Positions 24,895 through 39,594 are shown, numbered from the stretch's first letter. The stretch: DNA of 64,000 nucleotides from Eledone cirrhosa (GCA_964016885.1 OZ024743.1:41354001-41418000), one strand, 5' to 3'. Made by a program: numbers and translations. Notes: generated by a model from the letters alone, not told the origin.

Positions 24895-25450
24895 TATGGC
24901 AACGGTAGGCTTCTACGAGAATGTCCATTGCTTGTTCTGGCTGTGTGTTCTCATGTGTCTTTTGAGACCTCCCATGCTACCACATTCCTTGCCACATTCC
25001 TTACACCTTTTCAGATCATAATCTACATAAGGTCTACTAATATGACTTTGTTCGTGTCTAGTCAAACCAGCTTTATTCAGGCAGACTTGAAAACAGTGCT
25101 CGCAAACCAAATGATATTCAACAGCAGGCATTTCAAAACAGTCTCCTTTCCTTACCTTCCTTTTCAGTGTAAGGTGTGACTATAGAACGCATGGTTTTTC
25201 GGCACCGGTTGAGGTGGTGGGGACACGTGGTCCGGATGTCTGAAAAACGCATTCCAAAGCAACTACTCTACGGAGAATTGGGTGAAGGAAGGCGATCACC
25301 ACACAAACCAAAAATGCGGTCCCGGGCTGTGTCAGGGTCACCTTGGCTTGTGCTGGAATATTATCTGACGAATGGGATAAAATGGCTGAGGAGGGAGTGA
25401 AGTAGAGACGTTTGATCAAGTCAGGTAGTGAACACTTTGAAAGAAACTCA
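24895..25450. mobile_element. RTE-clade LINE 3' fragment with 5' inversion (24895-25175 on minus, 25176-25450 on plus)
   Basis: Plus strand: RLRWWGHVVRMSEKRIPKQLLYGEL. Minus strand: KRKVRK...CEHC..GLTRHEQSH and CKECGKEC..GLKRHMRTH C2H2 fingers. Confidence 0.8.
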
Positions 25451-25690
25451 TCGGAGAATATCTATCTATCTTTCTAACTCTCTGGGATGGACACACGCGT
25501 GAAACTTGCTGAGTAAGTTCTGCTTAAATTTCTATAGAAATTATTGACTGTAAACTTTCATTTTTGTACCATTTTATAGAGGGACTGCCAGGTCAAATTT
25601 TGATCTGGTCAGCCTTTCAAAATATTCTACGCCTTTAGACGAAATAGTTAACAAACATTTTTTTTTTTGAAAAGCTAACATTTTTTTAAA

Positions 25691-27477
25691 ATGGCTGAAG
25701 CTTCTTCAGCAAAATTCGAAGGAGGAAAGAGGAAGATATGCCTACAGCTTCCCCCTGCCACTGTCATAGTAGCAGATGTCAAAGACAATGGTCAGCCAGA
25801 GGAAGGATTTTCTCCACCTGTTGACCGACAACTTGACGTTGCCATGGCAACAAACCAAACAACCAGCGGCACCAGCAACAACAACAACAACAATGCTACG
25901 CATGAAAACAACACCAACAACAATAACAATAACAACAACAACAAGACCAATAACTGTGATAACAACAACACCACCAACTACAACAGCAACACAAACAAGG
26001 AAAAGTCTCCTTCGCCCAGACGGCAAGGAAAACCCTCGACTCTCTGGCAGTAGATATAAACAAAGCGAAGGAGCTACTGGCAGATGCCAAAAAATACATA
26101 ATGTACGGGGAAAATGGATCATCTTCGACCCCCCCCCCCCCCCGGAACTAAAAACCCAGAGACTCCTAAACACTGTCATGTTTAGGACAGTCTCAAACAA
26201 AAGCAAAAAACCAGCTCAACCATCACAGAGTGAGATAGAGCTGGTTTTAAAAGATGTCATGAAAGACATCATATTCATTCAGAAGGATAGACTCTACGGG
26301 AGTCTATCCATTCTCATGAAGGACAGGGACACAGCAGTGAAACTGTCCATAAAACCAATTACATCCACCGCATACACCTTCTACCCTACGTACATGGGTA
26401 GAAGGCCACAAAAAATAAAAATTCACACCATCCTGCCGATTATGGACATATGGTGGGTTTTGACAGGTTTCCTGAACCTAGACGATGACACACTAATATC
26501 CATGGGAAAGGCATCGGGTGACGCGTTCAGTAGAATAAGCCTCGAACTTGTAGTTCAAATGAGGCCCGAAAGGATCGTCCAGATCCCTGAACGAGTCATA
26601 CTGGATGATCAAACTTTTATCAACATTACCGTTGTGGGTAGGCGGCCCTCGTGTTACCTCTGTGGAGCCAGAGGTCACCTGAGGGCTGTCTGTCCTCAAC
26701 TTAATAAGAAAACCCCAATCCTGCCTACACCACCAACAACTGCACAACCAACACAATCACCACAACCACCACTACAAAAACACAACCACAGCTCAAACCA
26801 AAACAAAACAATGTCCAACCCATCCCCCCCCCCACTAAAAAAAAAACAATTTCCAAAACACCCGCACCGCAAACACAACCCGAAAATCTACCCCTCCCCT
26901 CCAACGCGGAAGATGACACTCGTTCGTCGTCAGACGAGGAGGAGCACTTCCACACAATCAAAAGAAAAAAAAAGAAAACACACCTCAGACACACAAATGA
27001 AAACAAACCCTCCCCAAAACATAACACTGACACCAACACAAAAGAGCACACAACAACAGCAAACAAAAAAGACCACACAAAAACAAAAACATGCATACAC
27101 ATACATAAACACAAGAAATAAAAAAACTGTTAAACATTGTGTACAACAACAATTTAGTAAAAACCCAAGGGCCTAACTTCACCCTGGAAGGGGATTTCCC
27201 CCACCTCAAAATGGTTATGGCCCCAGAGGACACATATAAAACACTAAAAAACAACTTTAAAGAGGACGTGTCCCCCCCCCCCTGCGTCGGGCCCATTAAC
27301 CGCGTCCTCCTAAAAAACTACCCCACTCCCTCTCCAAACACCCACACAACTCCAAACACCCCAACCACACAAAACACTGATGCCCCTACACTTCCACAAA
27401 CCACCACCCCACCCAACAACCCATCCCCCACCCTCATGGAAATTGTGCAGCCCGATACCCGGGACGCCGAGAGGTAA
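25691..27477 (+). pseudogene. LINE ORF1 (gag-like, CCHC knuckle), frameshifted
   Basis: Split across ORFs 25691-26053, 25776-27176 and 27139-27477. Contains CYLCGARGHLRAVC and N- and P/T-rich low-complexity tracts. Confidence 0.85.
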
Positions 27478-27501
27478 GTGTTTTTTCTCTTCACCACCAA
27501 C

Positions 27502-30500
27502 ATGGCTATGCTAAGATTAGGCTGTCTAAATGCCGGTGGTCTGGGCTCATCTTGGAAGCAAGCAATGCTTCTAAATGACCTCTGGTCACAACGTATAGAT
27601 GTGATGGTTATTTGCGAGACCCGGTTCAGCAACGTGCGACAGCTGGCCCCACCTTTGATGACTTTGAGATGCACGCATCTCTCTGTCAGCCCGGTGGTGG
27701 GGGTGGGGTTGTCGTTCTTCCTGCAAAAACATCTGGGTCTCGCAACACAGACGATACATTTGGACCCGGAGGGTCGACTAGTGGTTCTAAACCTTGGCAG
27801 TGGTGAAGGCGGAGCGTTTAGGTTGGGGACTTGCTATTAGTGGGGGACTGGAATCGTATCCTAGATGCACGCTGGGACTACATAGAGGCCTGTCCCGATA
27901 GAGAGGGGTGTAATAGCCTCAAAGGGTTAATTGGTTGATTTGACCTGGCCGATAGATATCGACTAGATTTTCCGACTGCGCCAACCTGGAGTTGGGCAAA
28001 CTGAAGCGGATCATCTAGGTCGTACTTAGATAGGTTCTTAGTTAGAAATAAGGATAACGACTGTTTAAGTTGTCCCAAAATGCGCATGGTTGGCTATTCA
28101 GACCACAAGTTAGTGACCTGCATGGTCAACCTTGACAGAACGCATAGACAGGGACCCGGTTACTGGAAGCTCAACTTGTCCTTACCGGCAAGTAAGGCTT
28201 ACAGGGACCGGATTAGCACTTTAGTTAAGGAGCGGTTGACGGGCGCCATCGTCAACAGCAGGTGGTGGGGATCTCTCAAAAGAGAGATTAGAGTAGTCTC
28301 TATAGAATTTAGTAAGGAGTTAGCCTCAAATAAAAATAGGAAGGAAAGGGAGTTGGTAGATAGTGTAGAAGAGGCAATTAGAAGCGGCGACGTGGCCAGA
28401 GTGCTAGCGTCGAGAACGGCCCTGGGCCAGTTCTTCGACGCGAAACACGAAGGCTCCATCGTCCGAAGCAAAATACGTGCTCTGGGAAACGAGGGGACCA
28501 AAGCTGTTAGCTGGGCCCGCGTGACAGAAGCCAAAAAAAGGGAGTAGATCCACTATCCGGTCTTTGCGAGACCAGGATGGACGGGTGATCCTTGAGCCTA
28601 AGCAGATGTGCGAGGCTTTTCAAAAGCACTTTGCCAGATTGTTCGGAAGGGGCGGGGCGCCGGTTGGGGAAGTGGACTTCGGTCCATACCTCGACGGCCT
28701 GCCGCGTCTCTCGGACAGGGAGGCGAAGTCCTGCGAGGAGCCGATTTTAGCCGCTGAGATAGAGGACGGGCTGAGCTAATGCAGCAAACGCAAATCCCCG
28801 GGTCTCGATGGTCTTCCATACGAACTATATCTAGCTATGCCGGACTTGTTCCCCGATCACCTCGAGGCGGTCTACTACAACTGGCAACAGAACGGGATAA
28901 TTCCCTGTGCTGTGACCAAGGGCATAGTCACGCTGGTGAGGAAGGACGAGAACAAGGGGGACGATATAAATAATTTCAGGCCCATAACTCTGCTAAATAC
29001 AGAGTTACAGATTTTGGCCAAGGTGCTAGCAAAGAGGTTGGCGCTTATCGTGGGTAACCTGGTGGGAGATGCGCAGACATGTGCTATCCCGTCCAGCTCC
29101 ATCCACGACAACCTCCACCTCATGCGATACATCATAGAAAGGGTTGGGAATGAACCCGGCTTTGGTGGGGCCCTGATCAACTTGGATCAATCTAAGGCGT
29201 TCGATAGGCTTGACCATGGTTACCTGGATGCGGTGCTAGCGGCGGCAGGCTTCGGACCCATTTTCAGGGGCTGGATCAATGTCATGCACAGCAGCCGCAT
29301 CTGCTCTAGGATCAAGGTGAACGGCTACATCTCGGAGCCGTTCGAAATCGTGGTACATCCGACAAGGGTGTCCTCTCTCCTCCCTTCTATATGTAATGAT
29401 TCTAGCGCCATTCCTGCGGAAGTTGAAGTTGTTGCAGGGCATCCCGTTGGAACCGGGATTGCGGAAAGCGGTGACGGCCTACGCCGATGACGTAACAGTA
29501 ACGGTGTCGACGGCCTCGGAAATCGGGGCGATCGGCACCTTACTACTGGAGTACGAAAGGTTTACAGGGGCTAAGCTGAACCGGGACAAGTCGATCGGTC
29601 TGCAACTCGGCACGTGGAGGGGCAGATCGATGCCCTCCGATGGCGTCGTCGGGCGCTGGACGGAGGGCCCGGTGAAGTTGCTCGGGGTCTGGTAACGAAT
29701 AGGGTGTTTGCACTAACCCAGAAGTGGACCGAGTGCAAACTGTCCCTGAAAGGTCGGGCGGAGGTGGCGAACACATATATAGTGTCCGTCATCTACTACC
29801 ACCTGAGCGTTGTGCTTTTCCCAAGGGAAACGCTCGCCAAAATGGAGCGCACTCTTCCAATTCCTTTGGAAGAAGCGGACTTCTATGGTGAGGAGATCCA
29901 TCTGCTGTTCACACCCTTCGAAAGGAGGGCTGGGAATGCCGTGGCTAATGATACGTAAACAAGCATTTAGGCTACGGCACCTCCAGGTATTCCTCACCAG
30001 TCAAGCGGTGTGGGCCCCGTTTGTGAGGCGAGCCTCTCCCAGACTCGTCTCACTCACCGAGCTGCAATGCTGGGTCAAGCAAAGACAGAGAAAACTGGGC
30101 GCCTGGCACACCGAGTGTGCCCAGGCTCTCACGGCTCTCTGGCAGGCGGACCCGGCTGACAGTGGAGAATCCACCTCGTCGTTCTATAGACGGCTGGTGG
30201 TTAGCAGGTACGACGACGCCCTCGGAGAGGCCCTAGGCATGGAGGAAGACGAACTGGCCAACCTGTTCGGTAGGACATTCAGTCCGGGACCCATGGATAA
30301 CTTCCAGATGTCCCTGGCCTGGCAGTGCTACCGAGGGGCTCTGCCCGTTCGAGAAAGGCTCTACAGACACGGGCGCCCGGGTAGGGGCCCCTCGAAAAAG
30401 ATCTGTCCCAGATGCGTGTGCGACCAGGAAACCGTTGCACACGCATTGGTACACTGCTCGGGCATTGCCGATCTGTGGGGCTATGTCGAACAACTGCTGT

Positions 30501-30821
30501 CAAGGGTGGGACCGATCCGGTTGACCACCGAGTCTATTGTAACGATCAAGCTGCCTCCCCTCTTCAAAAACGAAGGAGAGGCAGGGTGTTTCTGTGCGTA
30601 ATAGCCATGGTGAAAGAGGTTGTATGGTCGACGCGTCTGAAAGGACTGAGGCAGAGACCTTTCTCTCTGGCCAACAACTGGTCCGTTTCTTCCGATATCA
30701 TTTCGGAAGAAGGATCAGAATGGAGAGAGAGATGCTGCACCCCGGCCGTTTTTATGAAAGATGGGTGAAAGTGGTGAGAATGGTCTGTGTGAATGGGCTT
30801 TCACTCTACATCAGACTATAG
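27502..30821 (+). pseudogene. LINE ORF2: APE endonuclease, RT and C-terminal Zn domain, with multiple frameshifts and stops
   Basis: CLNAGGL, ICETR, GDWN, YLDRFLV, SDHKLV, GPGYWKL, PGLDGLPYE, NFRPITLLN, LDQSKAFDR, RQGCPL, YADDV, CPRC..ETVAHALVHC. Confidence 0.93.
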
Positions 30822-31105
30822 GTGAGGAAGATGAAAGATCAAGGGAACACCCCCTCTCTGTGCTCCTGAGGAGAAGGGTTGCACACTTTTTTTCGGGGCT
30901 GTGTGCGAACCCCCAAGGCGCCTCCTCCATATTGAGGATTTTGTTATTAAATTTATTTTGTTATATTTTATTTTATTTTTATATCTTGTTATCTTGTCCT
31001 CCTTATTGAGGACGCCTTTTTATGTAAACTCACCCCATTGTACTTGTCCTAATTTTTTATGCTCTGGTGGCAAATAAAAAGAAAGTTATCTATATATCTA
31101 TCTAG

Positions 31106-31875
<770 letters not shown>

Positions 31876-31876
31876 C

Positions 31877-31911
<35 letters not shown>

Positions 31912-31912
31912 C

Positions 31913-31951
<39 letters not shown>

Positions 31952-32679
31952 CGTATATATATATATATTTATTTATTTATTTATTCATTATTTGCGTATA
32001 TACATGTTAGGGTTACGTTTAGGGTACATGTGTTCGTAGAACGTTCAAAGAATTCTATACTAATCAATCAGATATTCAGATGAACTAACAACTGAATTCT
32101 CATCTTCAAAACTGACAGAGGATCTATTATCAGCATTCGATATTGAATGCTGAACGATATCTTCACTTTATATTAAAACACAGGCATTTTTGTTCCTGTG
32201 GTTTAGCTTTAGTTTCACCAATAGACCGTTTAATTCTAGACATTCAGTTTTGGCCATTCCATACTTATAGCGTATTAAGTATTATGTTATATATATATAT
32301 ATATATATATTCTTAATGTCCCAAGACCGTAGACTGTTGTTTGAGGAAAGTTGCTCCTTCTTTTCAAGCAGAATAAGCGAAGAGCTTTTTCCTCTTTAAC
32401 TTACCATTCTATATAATATAACATTTTACTCTAGTCACCCTATTTCATTCTATTCTCTTGGATAGTTATATGGTTTCACAAGCAAAGAATTGGGAGAGGT
32501 GTGAGTAATCCTTCTGTAATTTTAATTACATTTCGTTCGACTTCATTCAGCCGGAATTGTGTTTAATTAGCTCATTGCTAGTCTTGATCAAACGTAATCC
32601 AGCTGTGCTAATTCATTATTGGGGTTAATAGGGTCTACAATATCGAATGCCTCAGTTACGTATGGAAAACAGTCGTCTG

Positions 32680-35600
32680 TGAACGAAAGGAAATGGTACT
32701 GTTATTAGGTCGAGTGTGAGCGAAAGGAAATAGTATTCTTATTAGGTCGAGTGTGAGCGGAAGGAAATGGTACTGTTATTAAGTCGAGTGTGAGAGAAAG
32801 GAAATGGTACTTTTTATTCAGTCGAGTGTGAGCGAAAGGAAATGATATTGTTATTAGGTCGAATGTGAGCGAAAGGAAATGGTAATGTTATTAGGTCGAG
32901 TGTGAGCGGAATGAAATGGTACTGTTATTAGGTCGAGTGTGAGCGAAAGGAAATAGTATTCTTATTAGGTCAAGTGTGAGCGGAAGGAAATGGTACTGTT
33001 ATTAAGTCGAGTGTGAGAGAAAGGAAATGGTACTTTTTATTCAGTCGAGTGTGAGCGAAAGGAAATGGTATTGTTATTAGGTCGAATGTGAGCGAAAGGA
33101 AATGGTAATGTTATTAGGTCGAGTGTGAGCGGAACAAAATGGTACTGTTATTAGGTGGAGTGTGCGCGAAAGGAAATGGTACTGTTTTTAAGTCGAGTGT
33201 GAGAGAAAGTAAATGGTATTTTTTTATTAAGTCGAGTGTGAGCAAAAGGAAATGGTACTGTTATTAAATCGAATGTCAGCGAAAGGAAATGGTAATGTTA
33301 TTAAGTCGAGTGTGAGCGAAAGGTAATGGTACTTTTTATTAAGTCGAATGTGAGCGAAAGGAAATGGTACTGTTATTAAGTCGAGTGTGAGAGAAAGGAT
33401 ATGGTATTTTTTTATTAAGTCGAGTGTGAGCAAAAGGAAATGGTAATGTTATTAAGTCGAGTGTGAGCAAAAGAAACTGGTAATGTTATTAAGTCGAGTG
33501 TGAGAGAATGGAAATGGTACTGTTTTTAAGTCGAGTGTGAGCGAAAGGAAATGGTACTTTTTATTAAGTCGAGTGTGAGCAAAAGGAAATGGTAATGTTA
33601 TTAAGTCGAATGTGAGCGAAAGGAAATGGTATTGTTATTAAATCGAGTGTGAGAGAAAGGTAATGGTACTTTTTTTATTAAGTCGAATGTGAGCGAAAGG
33701 AAATGGTACTGTTATTAAGTCGAGTGTGAGATAAAGGAAATGGTACTTTTTTATTAAGTCGAGTGTGAGCAAAAGAAATGGTAATGTTATTAATTTGAAT
33801 GTGAGCGAATGGAACTGGTACTGTTATTAAGTCGAGTGTGAGCGAAAGGAAATGGTATTGTTATTAGGTCGAATGTGAGCGAAAGGAAATGGTAATATTA
33901 TTAGGTCGAGTGTGAGCGAAATGAAATGGTACGGTTATTAGGTCGAGTGTGAGCGAAAGGAAATGGTACTGTTATTAAGTCGAGTGTGACAGAAAGTAAA
34001 TGGCACATTTTATTAACTCGAGTGTGAGAAAATAGAAATAGTACTGTTATTAAATCGAATGTGAGTGAAAGGAAATAGTACTTTTATTAAATCAAGTGTG
34101 AGAGAAAGGTAATGGTACTTTTTATTAAGTCGAATCTGAGCGAAAGGAAATGGTACTGTTATTAAGTCGTGTGTGAGAGAAAGGAAATGGTACTTTTTTA
34201 TTAAGTCGAGTGTGAGCAAAAGAAACTGGTAACGTTATTAAGTCAATGTGAGAGAATGGAAATGGTACTGTTATTAAGTCAAGTGTGAGCGAAAGGAAAT
34301 GGTACTTTTTATTAAGTCGAGTGTGAGCAAACGGAAATAGTAATGTTATTAAGTCGAACGTGAGCGGATGAAACTGGTACTGTTATTAAGTCGAGTGTGA
34401 GCGAAAGGAAATGGTACTGTTATTAAGTCGAGCGTGGGCGAAAGGAAATGATACGGTTATTAAGTCGAGTGTGAGCAAAATGAAATGGTACTGTGATTTA
34501 GTCGAGTGTGAGAGAAAGGAGATGGTAATCGTTTATTAAGTCGAATGTAAGCGAAAGTAAATGGTACGGTTATTAAGTCGAGTGTCAACGAAAGGAAATG
34601 GAACTTTTTATTAAGTCGAGTGTGCGCAAAAGGAAATGGTAATGTTATTAAGTCGAATGTGAGCGAAAGGAAATGGTACTGTTATTAAATCGAGCGTGGG
34701 CGAAAGGAAATGATACGGTTATTAGGTCGAGTGTAAGCGAAAGGAAATGGTAGTGTAATTAAGTCGAGTGTGAGAGAAAGGAAATGGTACTTGTTTGTTA
34801 AGTCGAATGTGAGCGAAAGGAAATGGTACGGTTATTAAGTCGAGTGTGAGCGAAAGGAAATGGTACGGTAATTAAGTCGAGTGTGAGAGAAAGGAAATGG
34901 TACGGTTATTAAGTCGAGTGTGAGAGAAAGGAAATGGTACTGTTATTAAGTCGAGTGTGAGCGAAAGGAAATGGCACTGTTATTAAGTCGAGGGTGGGCG
35001 AAAGGAAATGATACGGTTATTAGGTCGAGTGTAAGCGAAAGGAAATGGTACTGTTATTAAGTCGTGTGTGAGAGAAAGGAAATGGTACTTTTTTATTAAG
35101 TCGAGTGTGAGCGAAAGGAAATGGTACTTTTTATTAAGTCGAGTGTGAGAGAAAGGAAATAGTACGGTTATTAAGTCGAGTGTGAGCGAAATAAATGGTA
35201 CTGTTATTAAATTGAGTGTGAGCGAAAGGAAATGGAACGGTTATTAAATCGAGTGTGAGCGAAAGGAAATTGTACTATTATTAAGTCGAGTGTGAGAGAA
35301 AGGAAATGGTACAGTTATTAGATCGGTTGTGTGCGAAAGGAAATAGTAATATTATTAAGTCCAGTGTGAGCGAAAGGAAATGGTACAATTATTAGGTCGA
35401 GTGTGAGAGAAAAGTAATGGTACGGTTATTAAGTCGAATGTGAGCGAAAGGAAATGGTACGATTATTAAGTCGAGTGTGAGAGAAAGGAAATGGTACAGT
35501 TATTAGGTCGAGTGTGAGCGAAAGGAAATGGCACCTTTTATTAAGTCGAGTGTGAGCAAAAGGAAACGGTACTGGTATTAAGTCGAATGTGAGCGAAAGG

Positions 35601-38551
35601 AAATGGTACTGTTGTTAAGTCGAGTGTGAGCGAAAGGAAATGTCACTGTTATTAAATCGAGCATGGGCGAAAGGAAATGATACGGTTATTAGGTTGAGTG
35701 TAAGCGAAAGGAAATGGTACTGTTATTAAGTCGAGTGTGAGAGAAAGGAAATGGTACTTTTTTATGAAGTCGAGTGTGAGCGAAAGGAAATACTTTTTAT
35801 TAAGTCGAGTGTGAGAGAAAGGAAATAGTACGGTTATTAAGTCGAGTATGAGCTAAAGGAAATGGTACTGTTATTAAATTGAGTGTGAGCGAAAGGAAAT
35901 GGTATGGTTATTAAATCGAGTGTGAGCGAAAGGAAATGGTACTATTATTAAGTCCAGTGTGAGAGAAAGGAAATGGTACAGTTATTAGGTCGGTTGTGAG
36001 CGAAAGGAAATATTAATATTATTAAGTCGAGTAAGAGCGAAAGGTAATGGTACGGTTATTAAGTCGAATGTGGGCGAAAGGAAATGGTACTATTATTAAG
36101 TCGAGTGTGAGAGAAAGGAAATGGTACAGTTATTAGGTCGAGTGTGAGCGAAAGGAAATGGCACCTTTTATTAAGTCGAGTGTGAGCAAAAGGAAACGTT
36201 ACTGGTATTAAGTCGAATGTGAGCGAAAGGAAATGGTACTGTTATTAAGTCGAGTGTGAGCGAAAGGAAATGGCACTGTTATTAAATCGAGCATGGGCGA
36301 AAGGAAATGATACGGTTATTAGGTTGAGTGTAAGCGAAAGGAAATGGTACTGTTATTAAGTCGAGTGTGAGAGAAAGGAAATTGTACTTTTTATTAAGTC
36401 GAGTGTGAGAGAAAGGAAATAGTACGGTTATTAAGTCGAGTGTGAGCGAAAGGAAATGGTACTGTTATTAAATTGAGTGTGAGCGAAAGGAAATGGTGCG
36501 GTTATTACATCGAGTGTGAGCGAAAGGAAATTGTACTATTATTAAGTCGAGTGTGAGAGAAAGGAAATGGTACAGTTATTAGGTCGGTTGTGAGCGAAAG
36601 GAAATAGTAATGTTATTAAGTCGAGTGTGAGCGAAAGGAAATGGTACTATTATTAGGTCGAGTGTGAGAGAAAGGAAATGGTACGGTTATTAGGTCGAGT
36701 GGGAGCGAAAGGAAATGGTACGGTTATTAAGTCGAGTGTGAGCGAAAGGAAATGGTATGGTTATTAAGTCGAGTGTGAGCGAAAGGAAATGGTACTATTA
36801 TTAAGTCGAGTGTGAGAGAAAGGAAATGGTACGGTTATTAAGTCGAGTGTGAGCGAAATGAAATGGTACGGTTATTAAGTCGAGTATGAGCGAAAGGAAA
36901 TGGTACTATTATTAAGTCGAGTGTGAGAAAAAGGAAATGGTACAGTTATTAGGTCGAGTGTGAGCGAAAGGAAATGGCACTTTTTATTAAGTCGAGTGTG
37001 AGCAAAAGGAAATGGTGCTGGTATTAAGTCGAATGTGAACGAAAGGAAATGGCACTGTTATTAAGTCGAGCGTGGGCGAAAGGAAATGATACGGTTATTA
37101 GGTCGAGTGTGAGAGAATGGAAATGGTACTTTTTTATTAAGTCGAGTGTGAGAGAAAGGAAATGGTACTTTTTATTAAGTCGAGTGTGAGAGAAAGGATA
37201 TGGTATTATTATTAAGTCGAGCGTGGGCAAAAGGAAGTGGTACTGCTATTAAGTCGAGTGTGAGCGAAAGGAAATGATACTATTATTAAGTGGAGTGTGA
37301 GAGAAAGGAAATGGTACGGTTATTAGGTCGAGTGTGAGTGAAAGGAAATACTACGGTTATTAAGTCGAGTGTGAGCGAAAGGAAATGGTACTATTATTAA
37401 GTCGAGTGTGAGAAAAAGGAAATGGTACAGTTATTAGGTCGAGTGTGAGCGAAAGGAAATGGCACTTTTTATTAAGTCGAGTGTGAACAAAAGGAAGTGG
37501 TGCTGGTATTAAGTCGAATGTGAGTGAAAGGAAATGGTACTGTAATTAAGTCGAGTGTGAACGAAAGGAAATGGCACTGTTATTAAGTCGAGCGTGGGCG
37601 AAAGGAAATGATACGGTTATTAGGTCGAGTGGGAGCGAAAGGAAATGGTACGGTTATTAAGTCGAGTGTGAGCGAAAGGAAATGGTATGGTTATTAAGTC
37701 GAGTGTGAGCGAAAGGAAATGGTACTATTATTAGGTCGAGTGTGAGAGAAAGGAAATGGTACGGTTATTAAGTCGAGTGTGAGCGAAATGAAATGGTACG
37801 GTTATTAAGTCGAGTATGAGCGAAAGGAAATGGTACTATTATTAAGTCGGGTGTGAGAAAAAGGAAATGGTACAGTTATTAGGTCGAGTGTGAGCGAAAG
37901 GAAATGGCACTTTTTATTAAGTCGAGTGTGAGCAAAAGGAAATGGTGCTGGTATTAAGTCGAATGTGAGCGAAAGGAAATGGTACTGTAATTAAGTCGAG
38001 TGTGAACGAAAGGAAATGGCACTGTTATTAAGTCGAGCGTGGGCGAAAGGAAATGATACGGTTATTAGGTCGTGTGTGAGAGAATGGAAATGGTACTTTT
38101 TTATTAAGTCGAGTGTGAGAGAGAGGAAATGGTACTTTTTATTAAGTCGAGTGTGAGAGAAAGGATATGGTATTATTATTAAGTCGAGCGTGGGCAAAAG
38201 GAAGTGGTACTGCTATTAAGTCGAGTGTGAGCGAAAGGAAATGATACTATTATTAAGTCGAGTGTGAGAGAAAGGAAATGGTACGGTTATTAGGTCGAGT
38301 GTGAGTGAAAGGAAATACTACGGTTATTAAGTCGAGTGTGAGCGAAAGGAAATGGTACTATTATTAGGTCGAGTGTGAGAGAAAGGAAATGGTACGGTTA
38401 TTAGTCGAGTGGGAGCGAAAGGAAATGGTACGGTTATTAAGTCGAGTGTGAACGACAGGAAATGGTAATGTTATTAAGTCGAATGTGAGCGAAAGGAAAT
38501 GGTACTTTTTTATTAAGTCGAGTGTGAGCGAAAGGAAATGGTACGGTTATT
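32680..38551. repeat. 37-bp satellite array (~5.9 kb, ~155-160 copies) with higher-order duplications
   Basis: Consensus GTCGAGTGTGAGCGAAAGGAAATGGTACTGTTATTAA, contiguous, with no unique spacers. Confidence 0.97.
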
Positions 38552-38734
38552 GCTAACAAGTCGAGTAACAGGGTAGAAACTCCATTGTTGGTTCAATGTT
38601 ATGTTACCATATATTGTTTAGTTAACATTAACGACGTATGTAACTATTTCGTTATCATGTTCCACATGAAAGACACTGCATATAATGTTAAATCATTTTA
38701 AAATAAATGAGGAGTTTATAGGAATTTAATAAAC

Positions 38735-38945
38735 AGATATTTGGAAGCGTATGACTTACTAAAGAAGTTAACGTTGAATTATGATGGAAGAATTTTAGAT
38801 AGATATGTAAAGAATACGAAAAAAATACGAAAAATATATGGATTTAATAAGCTGATATTTGGTAGCGATTGACTTACTAAAGAAGTTAACGTAGAATTAT
38901 GATGGAAGAATTTCAGATAGATATGTAAAGAATACGAAAAAATAT
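38735..38945. repeat. ~119-bp-period tandem duplication
   Basis: GATATTTGG.AGCG..TGACTTACTAAAGAAGTTAACGT.GAATTATGATGGAAGAATTT.AGATAGATATGTAAAGAATACGAAAAA occurs twice. Confidence 0.85.
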
Positions 38946-39457
38946 AGTAACAAAGAATCGTAGGCGGTTTATATGATTTGCTATCAAAAGGGTTTAAATA
39001 ACTACTAAGCTGAACCAAAACATACTAGACACAATGTCTAATATTTTTTTATTCTTCGAGATTTACTAAACACCATTCGATAATGTATAGCCAAATAATA
39101 AATTATATATTTGAAATTTTGTTTACAAATTCGACAGAAATATATTTTTACTGTTGATTTTTAAATAATAATTCTCAACAATATTTTGTTTCTTTTTCTC
39201 TGTTTACAATATATGACTAAATTGAAGATGTACTCGTCGATAATGTATTTCCATTGTTTGAGCAAGCTATCAACAAGGACTCAAAGTTTTTCAACTATTT
39301 TTAAGAACATTCTAAACGAATATATATATAGATATACATACACACATACATACATACACATATATACACATACAGGCAGGCAGGCAGAGATATATATTTC
39401 ATACATACATGTATTTTATAAACACTCATCCTCACACACACACACATATATATATAA

Positions 39458-39494
<37 letters not shown>

Positions 39495-39555
39495 CATATA
39501 TATATATATATGTATATACATATATATTTACATACCACACACACACATATATATG

Positions 39556-39594
<39 letters not shown>

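Larger units (their letters stand above)
25471..31086 (+). mobile_element. Near full-length Tx1/L1-clade LINE (~5.6 kb), inactivated, flanked by TATC/TA microsatellite
   Basis: 5'UTR, ORF1, ORF2 and a 3'UTR with AATAAA. Left flank ATATCTATCTATC, right flank TTATCTATATATCTATCTA. Confidence 0.92.

Noticed and set aside
24913-25131. Host C2H2 zinc-finger gene exon
   Set aside because: It is contiguous with RTE RT C-terminal motifs and fits the Zn-finger tail of the LINE ORF.
32680-38551. 37-bp repeats as a CRISPR array
   Set aside because: Units are contiguous with no unique spacers, there are no cas genes, and the context is eukaryotic. This is a satellite.
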